Origin: Methanothermobacter thermautotrophicus
Lineage (GTDB): Archaea > Methanobacteriota > Methanobacteria > Methanobacteriales > Methanothermobacteraceae
DNA length: 64,000 nt
Assembly: GCF_014889545.1 (NCBI RefSeq)
Contig: NZ_QKOF01000007.1
Coordinates: 55,625 to 119,624, forward strand
Reading direction: 5' to 3'
Shown: positions 11,006-20,745 of the stretch, piece by piece
Numbering within the stretch: the first letter of the stretch is position 1
Layout of the letters: each line of letters opens with the position of its first letter
Translations under genes and position numbers: made by a program
Notes under the pieces: model-generated
The model's database searches: none
What the model saw: the letters and a program-made list of their open reading frames with translations, nothing else
Told to the model about the DNA's origin: nothing

Positions 11006-11875
11006 TCATGGGCCTCTGCTTACCCTTATGGAACCCATGAGGCGGAATATGTTAAATACCGCCCCTGAGACGACACGACCCCTTGATGGCTTAACCTTTC
11101 TACTGTAGACTATCATGGGGTCCCTTTCAATGATCCTTGATGTCCACATGTACATGTCAGCCGCTGTCTTTATTGGTACGAGGTAACGGTAGGGGATGTA
11201 GCTGTATCCCTTCTCAGCTGTCCTCTGCCATTCCCTGTAGATGTCTATCTGAGCCCTCAGAAATGACCTGAAATTATCCTCCCTGCCCCTTATCTCATGA
11301 GGATCAAGGGATTCGAGTCCAAACCTTTCAAGTTCATCCAGGGGAAAGTAGAGCCTGCCGAGCTCAATGTCCTCTGCAATGTCCCTTATGAAGTTCACGT
11401 ACTGCATGGCCCTTCCAAGGTACCTTGCATAGGGGTATGAATCCGTGTCAAGGCCCATTATGGACGCCATGAAGAGCCCCACAACCTCTGATGAGCCAAG
11501 GAGGTACTCATCCAGGTCCGACATTGTACTGTAGGATGAAACACTTAAATCCATCTCCATGGACCTCAGGAAGGCCTCTGTCCAGTCATCCTCAAATTTC
11601 TTCCTCCTTGAAAGTTCCACGAAGGAGTCAACCACCACGTCCCCTGTGATTTCACCGGAGTATGCTCTCCTGTACCTTTCCACGAATCCATAGAAGCCAT
11701 CAATATCCTGTGGTACCCGGTCAACGTAGTCATCGGCCTTTCGAAGGAAGCTGTAAAGTATAAAAACGTCTCTCCTGACTTTCTTTGGGAAGAAGAGCGT
11801 GCTGTAAAAGTATGTTTTACTTCCCCTCTTAAATATTGAGTAAATTTTCTCGTCAATCAAAGGCATATCACCCAT
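11006..11875 (-). CDS. Squalene/phytoene synthase family protein (CrtB-like)
   Basis: Both Asp-rich motifs of head-to-head isoprenoid synthases are present: DDYVD and DIAEDIELGRLYFP. 289 aa. Confidence 0.75.
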   Translation of the reverse strand: MGDMPLIDEKIYSIFKRGSKTYFYSTLFFPKKVRRDVFILYSFLRKADDYVDRVPQDIDGFYGFVERYRRAYSGEITGDVVVDSFVELSRRKKFEDDWTEAFLRSMEMDLSVSSYSTMSDLDEYLLGSSEVVGLFMASIMGLDTDSYPYARYLGRAMQYVNFIRDIAEDIELGRLYFPLDELERFGLESLDPHEIRGREDNFRSFLRAQIDIYREWQRTAEKGYSYIPYRYLVPIKTAADMYMWTSRIIERDPMIVYSRKVKPSRGRVVSGAVFNIFRLMGSIRVSRGP

Positions 11876-11920
11876 TAAATCTTAGGTAAATGTTACGAAG
11901 TTGCGGTCAATAAAGCAACT

Positions 11921-13396
11921 TCACTTTCCGGTATCCTCCATTATCTCATTGCAGACTATCTGTGATGAGACAAGTGTCATTGGGACTCCTATACCCGGGT
12001 GTGTGTAATGGCCTGTGTAATAGAGGTTCTTAACCTTCTTGCTCTTATGTGATGGTCTCCATAGGGCTGTCTGTCTTAGTGTATGGGAAAGCCCCAGGGC
12101 TGTGCCCTTGTATGCATTGTAACGGTCCCTGAAATCATTTATGGCGAATATCCTCTTTACAACAACATGGTCCCGTATATTTTCACCCACCTTCTTCTCA
12201 AGGTCATCCATCACCCTTCTGTAGAGGCCCTCCCGCAGTTCCTCATTATCATCCATGCCAGGGGCGAGGGGGACCAGTATGAAGAGGGTGTCTGATCCTT
12301 GAGGGGCGGCAGTCGTATCCGTCCGTGAGGGTACATTCACATAGTAGGATGGTTTCTCTGGCCACCTTGCCCTCTGGGGATCAAATACCTCCTGGAATTT
12401 ATCAGCCCAGTCCCTCTCAAGGAACAGGTTGTGGTGGTCAAGGGCATCGATAACGCGGTCAACCCCCAGGTAGGCTACAAAGGCTGATGGTGCCATTACC
12501 CTGGAATCCCAGTACGCCTCATCATAGGTCCTTTGGGGTTCATCAAGGAGTTCCAGTTCACTGTGGGGGTAATCAGCATTCACCAGGACTGCGTCGGCTT
12601 CATAGATGTTCCTGTCGGTTATGACGGATGTTGCAAGACCATCGCGTACCTCTATCCTTTTAACCTCCTCGTTGAAGTGGAATCTGGCCCCATGTTCAAG
12701 TGCGAGTTCATATATTGATTGTGCGACCCTCCTTATGCCACCCTCCGGGTAGAAGACTCCAAGGGTCATGTCGATGTGGGACATTATATGATACATTGAG
12801 GGCGTGTCCTGTGGTGCGCTTCCAAGGAACCCCATTGAGTACTGAAGTATCTTGCGGGCCTCGTCACTCTTGAATCGCTTGTTGACGAAGTGTTCAAGAG
12901 ATTCAAGTATGTTAAGCCTCAATCCCTGTAGCAGGAGCTTTCCATTAAGGAAGTCCAGGACTGATCTGTAGTCCCTGTAGAGCATTTCCTTAACCACTGA
13001 TTCATAGAGTTTACCTGCTGATTCAAGGTATTCCCTGAGTTTCTCACCACCATTTTCCTCAAAACTGTCAAAGAGTTCATAGTTCTTCTTAATATCAGAT
13101 GATACGTCAACGAATCCTCTATCATCAAAGAAGACACGGTAGGCTGGTTCAAGTTTTTTAAGCCTGTAGAAATCTTCTGGCTTAGCATTGAACTCTGCAA
13201 AGAAGTTTTCAAAAACGTCTGGCATGAGGTACCATGATGGTCCCATGTCAAAGGTGAATCCGCCCTCACTGTAGACACTTGCACGTCCCCCCGGACCCTC
13301 ATTTTTCTCAATAACAGTTACTTCCACCCCATTCTTTGCAAGGAGTGCTGCAGCAGATATTCCCCCGAATCCAGCTCCCACGATAACCATGTTCAT
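11921..13396 (-). CDS. Phytoene-desaturase family FAD oxidoreductase (CrtI/CrtD-like)
   Basis: N-terminal Rossmann motif VIVGAGFGGISAA...IEKNEGPGGRA. The 491-aa length is typical of CrtI. Confidence 0.75.
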   Translation of the reverse strand: MNMVIVGAGFGGISAAALLAKNGVEVTVIEKNEGPGGRASVYSEGGFTFDMGPSWYLMPDVFENFFAEFNAKPEDFYRLKKLEPAYRVFFDDRGFVDVSSDIKKNYELFDSFEENGGEKLREYLESAGKLYESVVKEMLYRDYRSVLDFLNGKLLLQGLRLNILESLEHFVNKRFKSDEARKILQYSMGFLGSAPQDTPSMYHIMSHIDMTLGVFYPEGGIRRVAQSIYELALEHGARFHFNEEVKRIEVRDGLATSVITDRNIYEADAVLVNADYPHSELELLDEPQRTYDEAYWDSRVMAPSAFVAYLGVDRVIDALDHHNLFLERDWADKFQEVFDPQRARWPEKPSYYVNVPSRTDTTAAPQGSDTLFILVPLAPGMDDNEELREGLYRRVMDDLEKKVGENIRDHVVVKRIFAINDFRDRYNAYKGTALGLSHTLRQTALWRPSHKSKKVKNLYYTGHYTHPGIGVPMTLVSSQIVCNEIMEDTGK

Positions 13397-13483
13397 AAGA
13401 CCACCGTCATAATCTAAAAATAATTATGTTGAAACAGATATAAAAACTTCATTAAAAATGGTATTTCATTCATATGTAAGATT

Positions 13484-13513
13484 AAAAAAAAGGATTTGGA
13501 TTTTTAAATCCCC
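13484..13513 (-). terminator. Hairpin followed by a T8 run on the minus strand, downstream of the HEAT-repeat gene
   Basis: The minus strand reads ggggatttaaaaatccaaatcc followed by tttttttt. The ggattt/aaatcc stem plus oligo-T is consistent with an archaeal oligo-T terminator. Confidence 0.45.
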
Positions 13514-13557
13514 ATTAAATGTTTACGAGTTAATGGTTAAGCCACTGTTAAACTGAA

Positions 13558-14109
13558 TCAGGTCCCGGACTGGATCTTTTTAAGGGATTTGTTTGCAGCC
13601 TTCTTGAAGTCCTTATCACCCTTCCTTCTGGCCTTCTTGATTGGCTCTATTGCCCTCTCATCCCCAAGGTCCCCCAGTGACCTTACAGCTGCAAGTTTAA
13701 CACCCCAGTCCTCATCACTGAGGGCCTCTATCAGGGGTTCAACTGCGCTCAGATCCCCCAGTTCACCCAGGGACCTTGCAGCAACCTTCCTTACGCCCCA
13801 GTCCTCATCACTGAGGGCCTCTATGAAGTGATCTGTGACACGGGGGTCCCCTATCTTCTTGAGTGCGAAGGTTGCGTATCTCCTGATTTCGCCCTCAGCC
13901 GTATCCATTACTTCCATAAGATTCTCAATGGCTACTTCACCAAATTCTGCAAGTTTTTCAGCGGCTTTGAATCTTACAAGGTGACTTTCATCCTCCAGAA
14001 GAGATATGAGTATTTCAACTGATTCCTCTGAAGGTTCAAGTTCTTCTATGGCCTCCATCCTGCCCTGAGGCTCCATTAGACCTATTTCCTTCAATCTTTC
14101 ATTGACCAT
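13558..14109 (-). CDS. HEAT-repeat (PBS-lyase type) protein
   Basis: Repeated EALSDEDWGVRKVAARSLGELGD and DEDWGVKLAAVRSLGDLGD units. Confidence 0.65.
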   Translation of the reverse strand: MVNERLKEIGLMEPQGRMEAIEELEPSEESVEILISLLEDESHLVRFKAAEKLAEFGEVAIENLMEVMDTAEGEIRRYATFALKKIGDPRVTDHFIEALSDEDWGVRKVAARSLGELGDLSAVEPLIEALSDEDWGVKLAAVRSLGDLGDERAIEPIKKARRKGDKDFKKAANKSLKKIQSGT

Positions 14110-14290
14110 GATATCACCTGCCTCTTCTTATCCAGTGATGATGATAATCCTTCTTCAGTGCATGAAGCAAACCGAATTCAATTCATTCTTTATCAACGAA
14201 AATCCATTTATCCCCCCGATGATATAAATGTTCAATGACTTTGAGCAGCTCATGAGTGGCTCTCTGATAGTTACTTAAGATAATTTATAA

Positions 14291-15250
14291 ATGTTCAATG
14301 ATAATCCTGTGGAGATCCCCATGAAGAATTATGCAAATACCTGGATGATCCATGAGATAATCCGGCTTGGAAGGCTCCCCTTCCTTGGAGCAGGCTTTAT
14401 ACTCTATGCCACCGGAGCCGTCCTCGCAGCCATAGAGACTGGGCATATTTCAGCGGAACAGTTCATCGCCGGTTACCTCATAGTGATGCCGGCACACCTA
14501 TCTGTATCCTACAGCAACGACTACTATGACTTTGACCTTGATGGGTCAGATTCTTCAACGAGGTACTCAGGTGGAAGCGGCGTCCTTCAGAGGCACCCTG
14601 AACTGCGAAGTTTCGCCTGGAGATTCGCGGTTTTTCTGATAGCCATATCCATAATGCTATCCATAATCTACGCCATAAACTACAGGAATCCTTCAGTGTT
14701 CCTGCTTACAGTTTCTGGCAGCCTCCTGGGATGGTTCTACAGTGCACCGCCCCTGAGGCTTTCATACAGGGGTCTTGGCGAGATTGCAACCGCCATCACA
14801 GGATTCATATTTCCAGCCATGGGCTACTCTGTGATTGCAGGTGGACCTGACCTTCAGATTCTCCTCTTCACCATACCCATAATGCTGCTGCAGCTCGTAT
14901 TCATAATAAACGTTGAAATACCTGACATCCAGGAGGACCTCGCTGGTGGTAAAATGACCCTACCCGTCCGGATAGGGGTCAGGGATTCCCGGAGGATAAT
15001 GGTGCTTGCCTCAGCCACAGCAACGGTGATGCTGGCCCTTCTTTCATTATCAGAAAGCTTCAGTCCCGGGATCAATTTCCTCTTAATATCCGCCCTGTCA
15101 CTCACAGTTACAGTCCCATGCATCCATTCACTCCATGGTTCAGGGGATGGGGATGATGTTGCAAGCAAATCTGAGCTTGTTATGAACTCCCTCATAGCCT
15201 TCGGGATACTCAACCTCATCTATTTAACGGGAGTCATGGTGACCGCATGA
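14291..15250 (+). CDS. UbiA-family prenyltransferase
   Basis: Asp-rich motif SYSNDYYDFDLD and eight or more transmembrane segments. Overlaps the next gene by 4 nt (ATGA). A TTTATAAAT TATA box lies directly upstream. Confidence 0.65.
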   Translation: MFNDNPVEIPMKNYANTWMIHEIIRLGRLPFLGAGFILYATGAVLAAIETGHISAEQFIAGYLIVMPAHLSVSYSNDYYDFDLDGSDSSTRYSGGSGVLQRHPELRSFAWRFAVFLIAISIMLSIIYAINYRNPSVFLLTVSGSLLGWFYSAPPLRLSYRGLGEIATAITGFIFPAMGYSVIAGGPDLQILLFTIPIMLLQLVFIINVEIPDIQEDLAGGKMTLPVRIGVRDSRRIMVLASATATVMLALLSLSESFSPGINFLLISALSLTVTVPCIHSLHGSGDGDDVASKSELVMNSLIAFGILNLIYLTGVMVTA

Positions 15251-15990
15251 AGACCTACAGACTCATGGATGACCTTGAAATATGTGACCTCTCCCTCCTC
15301 ATTGAGGATTCCATGGTCATTGCTGACCTCCACCTGGGCTATGAGCAGTACCTCAACAGGCAGGGGGTCATGGTACCTGGATTTCAGTTCAGGAGGATAA
15401 TTGAACGCATAGACACCATAAGGGATGTTTCAGGAGCCTCATCCATCATCATAAATGGCGACCTTAAACATGAATTCGGGAGGGTGAGCTGGCAGGAGAA
15501 CCGTGAGATCATCAGAATGATGGATTACCTTGAGGAGAATTTCAGGGATATAACCATCATCAGGGGAAACCATGACCCCCTCATACCCCACATGTCCCGG
15601 GTTTCACATCTCAGTGTCACCGACACCCTCAGGATATCCGGTTTCCTCCTTGCACACGGCCACGTTATACCCGAAGACCTTGATGCCGGGACAATAATCA
15701 TCGGCCATGAGCATCCCTGTGTGGGTTTAAGAAGCGGTGAGAGGGTTGAGAAGATCAAATGTTTCCTGCTTGGTCCCTTCAGGGACAGGAAACTCCTTGT
15801 GATGCCCTCCTTTAACTTCGTTACAGAGGGTTCAGACATCCTCCACGAGGATATACTCTCCCCTCTCCTGAGGGAGGCGGAACTCACTGAATTCCTGGTC
15901 TATGGTGTTGAGGACTTTGAGGTCTTCGAATTCGGAACCGTGGGTGACCTCCTGAAGTTTCAGCAGAAAACAGGTTATCCTGGTGATTGA
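15247..15990 (+). CDS. Calcineurin-like metallophosphoesterase
   Basis: Motifs GDLKHEF, IRGNHD and GHEH. Confidence 0.7.
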   Translation: MKTYRLMDDLEICDLSLLIEDSMVIADLHLGYEQYLNRQGVMVPGFQFRRIIERIDTIRDVSGASSIIINGDLKHEFGRVSWQENREIIRMMDYLEENFRDITIIRGNHDPLIPHMSRVSHLSVTDTLRISGFLLAHGHVIPEDLDAGTIIIGHEHPCVGLRSGERVEKIKCFLLGPFRDRKLLVMPSFNFVTEGSDILHEDILSPLLREAELTEFLVYGVEDFEVFEFGTVGDLLKFQQKTGYPGD

Positions 15991-18581
15991 ATGATAAGGA
16001 AACAGGAGAGGATGTACACATCCAGGGAGATACACTCCATACTACACCCCTGGGTTAGTGAGTGGTTCAGTAGGACCTTCGATGACTTCACAGAGGCCCA
16101 GAGGTATGCCATAATGGACATCCACAGGGGCAGGAACGTCCTGGTATCCTCACCTACCGGCTCCGGTAAGACCCTCACCGCCTTTCTATCCATAATCAGC
16201 GAACTGACAAGACTTGCAGATGATGGGGAGCTTGAGGACAGCGTCTACTGCATATACATATCGCCCCTCAAGGCCCTGGACAACGACATTGAACGGAACC
16301 TGGAGGAGCCCCTCAGTGCCATCAGGGATATCGCCGCAGGGGAGGGCAGGGACCTTGAGATAAGGAAGGCTGTCAGGACAGGGGACACCAGCAGCTATGA
16401 AAGGTCAAAGATGCTCAGAAAGCCTCCCCATATACTCATAACCACGCCTGAGACGCTCTCAATACTCCTTGTCGCGCCGAAATTCAGGGAAAAGCTTTCA
16501 ACCGTCCGCTATGTTATCGTTGATGAGATACACTCCCTTGCAGATAATAAGAGGGGAGTCCATCTCTCCCTAAGCCTTGAGAGGCTGCAGCACCTCGTGG
16601 GGGACTTCACTAGGATAGGCCTATCAGCAACCGTCCACCCCCTCGAGAGGGTCGCGCGGTTCCTTGTTGGCTACAGTTACGGTTCAGAGAGGGAGTGCCT
16701 GATAGTTGATGTCAGCTACCTGAAGGAACTGGACATCGACCTCATATGCCCCGTGGATGACATCGTTGCCGCTGACCCTGAGGAGATAGGAACGCCCTAT
16801 ATGACATCCTCCATGACCTCATAGAGGATCACAGAACAACCCTAATATTCACAAACACCAGGAGCGGCACAGAGAGCGTTGTATATAACCTTAAAAGCCG
16901 TTTCCCTGAGAGTTACAGTGACAGTAACATCATGGCCCACCATTCATCACTCTCAAGGGAGATCAGACTTGAAACCGAGGAGAAACTCAAGAGTGGTGAG
17001 CTGAAGGCTGTTGTGTCATCCACCTCCCTTGAACTCGGTATCGACATAGGCTACATAGACCTTGTGGTACTTCTGAGTTCCCCAAAATCAGTTTCTAGGG
17101 CCCTGCAGAGGATCGGGAGGAGCGGCCATCAGCTCCACCAGAAATCAAAGGGGAGGATAGTTGTTGTGGATATGGACGACCTTGTGGAGTGTTCACTCAT
17201 ACTCAAAAACGCCCTTGAGGGTAAAATCGACTCCATCAGGGTACCCGAGAACTGCCTGGACGTTCTGGCCCAGCACATATACGGGATGGCCATAGAGCAC
17301 CCCTGGGACATCGACCATGCCCTTGAGGTCATAAGGAACAGCTACTGTTACAGGAACCTGGAGAGGGAGGATTACCTGTCTGTCCTCAGTTACCTTGCCG
17401 GTGAGTACGTGGAACTTGAGGAGAGGTACGTCTATGCAAAGATCTGGGTTGACTATGATAAGAACCAGTTCGGGAGGAGGGGTAAACTTGCACGGATGCT
17501 GTATTCAACGAATATAGGCACGATACCAGATAGAAGTGCTGCAGTTGTGAAGTGCAATGGTAAGGTTGTGGGGAGGATCGAGGAGGACTTCATGGAGAAG
17601 CTCAGGAAGGGGGACACCTTCGTGCTTGGTGGGAGGATATACCGCTTCAACTATGCCAGGGGCATGACCGTTAACGTCACACCGGCCTCAGGGCCTCCAA
17701 CGATCCCCTCCTGGTTCTCAGAGCAGCTGCCCCTATCCTTTGACCTTGCAGTGGATATACAGCGCTTCAGGGATATCATGGATGGAAAGTTCCAGTACGG
17801 ACGTTCCAGGGATGAGATAATGGAATTCATAGGGAGTTACCTCCATGTGGATGAGAGGGCTGCGTCCTCCATCTATGAGTACTTCCGTGAGCAGTACCTC
17901 TACGCAGGGATACCCAGTATAAGGAGGATGCTGGTTGAGTACTATACAGGGTTTGGTGGGAGGAAGTTCATTGTATTCCACAGCCTCTTCGGGAGGAGGG
18001 TAAACGATGCAATCTCCCGTGCAGTCGCCTATGTCATCGCCAGGCGCTACCGGAGGGATGTTATGATATCTGTATCTGACAATGGGTTCTACCTAAGCTC
18101 GGAGGGCAAAATGGGTGGTCTTGAGTCCTTCAGGGAACTTGAACCTGAAAACCTCAGGGATGTGCTCAAGAAGGCCCTTGACAGGACAGAGACGCTGGCA
18201 AGCAGGTTCAGGCACTGCGCTGGCCGTGCCCTTATGATACTGAGGAGGTACAGGGGCGAGGAGAAATCGGTCGGCAGGCAGCAGGTGCGGGGCAAGATAC
18301 TCCTCAAATTTGTGAGTGAACTTGATGATAAGTTCCCCATCCTTGAGGAGGCGCGGAGGGAGGTCATGGAGGACTACATGGACATTGAAAATGCTGTGAG
18401 GGTCCTTGAATGGATAAGGGACGGTGAAATGGAGATAAAACAGGTCAACACCCGCATACCATCACCCTTCGCCTTCAACCTTGTGGCCCAGGGCTACCTG
18501 GATGTCCTCAAATACGAGGACAGGATAGAATTCATAAGGAGAATGCACCAGGCCATAATAGATGAAATAAGAAGTAGGTAG
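15991..18581 (+). pseudogene. lhr: Lhr-type superfamily-2 DNA helicase interrupted by a -1 frameshift near 16797 (could be a sequencing error)
   Basis: Frame 1 (15991-16824) carries motif I SPTGSGKT, motif II DEIH and motif III SATV. Frame 3 from 16782 continues seamlessly with [26 protein letters not shown] (motif IV) and QRIGRSGH (motif VI), then the Lhr-core C-terminal region to 18581. Confidence 0.7.
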
Positions 18582-18597
18582 ATGTCTGAAAACTGGA

Positions 18598-19290
18598 TCA
18601 TCTCCTCAGTATGAGCATCCTGTTGCCACCTCTCCTGAACTCATAGTCCACCTCCACCACATCCACATCCACATCCACATCCACATCAACTCCCCTCATC
18701 CCGTTATTTATTAGTTCCCTAGCATAATCCGCCAGTTCACCGTTTTCCCTAACGATTGGGTAAATCCTCACCTCGGAGCCCACCCTTGTGAGTTCCTCAA
18801 GGGCACTTCTGTGGAATTCCCTGTCAAGTCTGTGCTCATAGATGAATAGTAGGTGTGATGAGACCACAAGGTCGAATTCGCTGTCATCAAATGGTAGATC
18901 CCTGAGATCACCCCTTATGTAAAGGTCAGGGTTCAGTCTGTAGCTTTCCTCGAAGCAGCTGCATGCTTTAAGGCGTTTTTCAAGCATCTCATCAGGGGAT
19001 TTATAAAAATCCCACTTAAAGGTATCTTTAATTCTTTTTAAGGCTTCTGTGAGGATCCGAAGGTGCTCCCTGCACCTTTCACCGAGGATCTCTGGTTCCT
19101 CGCCGTACATGATGTCACATGCCATCACATCAAAACCAGCTGCGGCCATGATGGGGGTGAATGAACTGGCACCCCCCGGGCAGTCCAGTATCCGCAGGCC
19201 CTTCAGGTCGGGAGGGTTGAGGTTGAACATTTTAAGGTACTCTCTGCATGTGCGGGCCGTGAATAGGGGCCCTTCCACCGGTTCTTTCAT
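18598..19290 (-). CDS. Class I SAM-dependent methyltransferase-like protein with a C-terminal (VD)5 repeat
   Basis: Motif-I-like ILDCPGGASSF and an acidic motif-II region. The C-terminal GVDVDVDVDVVEVD is encoded by a hexanucleotide repeat. Confidence 0.55.
   Translation of the reverse strand: MKEPVEGPLFTARTCREYLKMFNLNPPDLKGLRILDCPGGASSFTPIMAAAGFDVMACDIMYGEEPEILGERCREHLRILTEALKRIKDTFKWDFYKSPDEMLEKRLKACSCFEESYRLNPDLYIRGDLRDLPFDDSEFDLVVSSHLLFIYEHRLDREFHRSALEELTRVGSEVRIYPIVRENGELADYARELINNGMRGVDVDVDVDVDVVEVDYEFRRGGNRMLILRR
18658..18687. repeat. Hexanucleotide microsatellite (CACATC)x5 inside a coding sequence
   Basis: Five perfect tandem CACATC units read directly from the sequence. They encode (Val-Asp)5 on the minus strand. 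Confidence 0.9.
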
Positions 19291-19453
19291 GTATGCACTC
19301 CTTCAGGTTCTGAAATTAATCATTGTCATCTCATGGTGCACTACATAATTATGTTCAATCACCTAATTCACCCTTCACCTCACCGAAATGTTTATATAGG
19401 AGTATTCTAACATATAGGTTTGTGTGTCTCATACACACATCACCCCCTTATTA

Positions 19454-19582
19454 TGGCTTTCAACATCCGGGATATTCGTTCTGTTGAAAGCATAAAAAAT
19501 ATCAGCTTCCAGAGATGTGAAAAAATAAAGCACCTCCCCGTTTTTTCACTCCTAACAACCCCCCTTAAAATCTCTGGAAGCT
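19454..19582. other. Nested palindromic/structured intergenic element (candidate ncRNA or regulatory structure)
   Basis: Hairpin 1: gctttcaaca (19454-19463) pairs with tgttgaaagc (19482-19491). Hairpin 2 outer stem: agcttccagagat (19504-19516) pairs with atctctggaagct (19570-19582), a 13-bp perfect match. Inner stem: gtgaaaaaa (19517-19525) pairs with ttttttcac (19541-19549). Confidence 0.5.
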
Positions 19583-19848
19583 ACCCCCCATATTATCACG
19601 GTCAGGGACTATTTCTAAGTTTATATGAAGGCCAGCTTCAATTTAGTGCATGTTATCATTTCACAGTTTTACCGGTTCTTCAGCTAACATAAAAGAATAC
19701 ATTCCGCAGATAAACACAAGAGAAACCCTGCTTTTAAACCATCAAAGAACACTCCATGATATGAAACGCAAGAGAATCTGTGGAAGACAAAAAACTGATT
19801 TTAAAATTAAGCAATAATATAAATGAACAGATCCACATATTAGACTAC

Positions 19849-20331
19849 ATGAAAGCGCTTGTGGTATATTACTCAAGAACCGGGAACACAAGGGAGGTTG
19901 CAACCAGAATAGCCGATGAACTTGGATGTGATATCGAGGAAATCCATGATACCCAGAAACGTACAGGAATCCTGGGATTTATAAAATCAGGTTACCAGGC
20001 TGCAAGGGGTAAGGATACCGTCCTTGAACCCTATGAAAAGGACCCCTACAGTTACGACCTTGTGATAGCTGGAACTCCAGTATGGGCGGGTAAGCCATCT
20101 GTACCCATAAGCACCTACCTGAAGGAGAACCGTTCAAAGATAAAGAGGGTGGCCTTCTTCTGCACCTATGGTGGAAGCGGTGCAGAGGGAACCTTCAGGA
20201 CCATGAAGGAGATCCTTGGCATGGAACCCATAGAGACCGTCGCCATTACAGAGAAGGAGATAAAGGAAGATAAATGCGACTGCAAGATAGAACCCTTCGT
20301 AAGGGACGTTGAAGAAGCATTCAGAGAATGA
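19849..20331 (+). CDS. Flavodoxin-family protein
   Basis: MKALVVYYSRTGNTREVA FMN-binding N-terminus typical of flavodoxin/WrbA-like proteins. Start moved to the Met that precedes this motif. Confidence 0.7.
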   Translation: MKALVVYYSRTGNTREVATRIADELGCDIEEIHDTQKRTGILGFIKSGYQAARGKDTVLEPYEKDPYSYDLVIAGTPVWAGKPSVPISTYLKENRSKIKRVAFFCTYGGSGAEGTFRTMKEILGMEPIETVAITEKEIKEDKCDCKIEPFVRDVEEAFRE

Positions 20332-20745
20332 TCACCGCCCAGGTGAATCTATATCCTCATAGTATGGCTTTATGTCAATAACAGGGGAACCGTCCAGGGC
20401 ATCAAGGCCCCTGACCCTCAGTATCTCCCCGCATTCAAGTAGCTCAACAAGACAGAGCCCCACAGGGTTGGGCCTCGCAGGAGCCCTGGTAGAGAAAACC
20501 CCCCTCTTCTTCCTTTTACCCCGCGGCACCACCCTCAAAACGTTCCTCTCAGCCAGGTGCTGCCAGTATAAAACAAAGATGTGTCTGAAGAGTTCAAGGC
20601 CGTCCACCGCATCCAGGTACTCTGGAAAGATGTGGATCTCACTCTCCTCGCTGGAAAACCTTCCCTGTGCCGGTGCATTGCTCCTGGTCCTGAAGGGGGA
20701 CCTTACAACCCCGACGGGCCTTATCCTTATCTCCATGTCACTCAT
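20332..20745 (-). CDS. TsaA/YaeB (TrmO)-family tRNA methyltransferase
   Basis: PVGVVRSPF, RPNPVGL and DGSPVIDIKPY motifs typical of the TrmO family. 137 aa. Confidence 0.7.
   Translation of the reverse strand: MSDMEIRIRPVGVVRSPFRTRSNAPAQGRFSSEESEIHIFPEYLDAVDGLELFRHIFVLYWQHLAERNVLRVVPRGKRKKRGVFSTRAPARPNPVGLCLVELLECGEILRVRGLDALDGSPVIDIKPYYEDIDSPGR

Noticed and set aside
18658-18687. Possible CRISPR-like repeat
   Set aside because: It is only a 6-bp unit repeated five times with no spacers, and it lies inside an ORF, so it is a microsatellite and not a CRISPR array.
19420-19692. 90-aa plus-strand ORF in the AT-rich spacer
   Set aside because: It spans the nested palindromes and oligo-C/T runs and has no coding periodicity. 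It is better explained as structured non-coding sequence.
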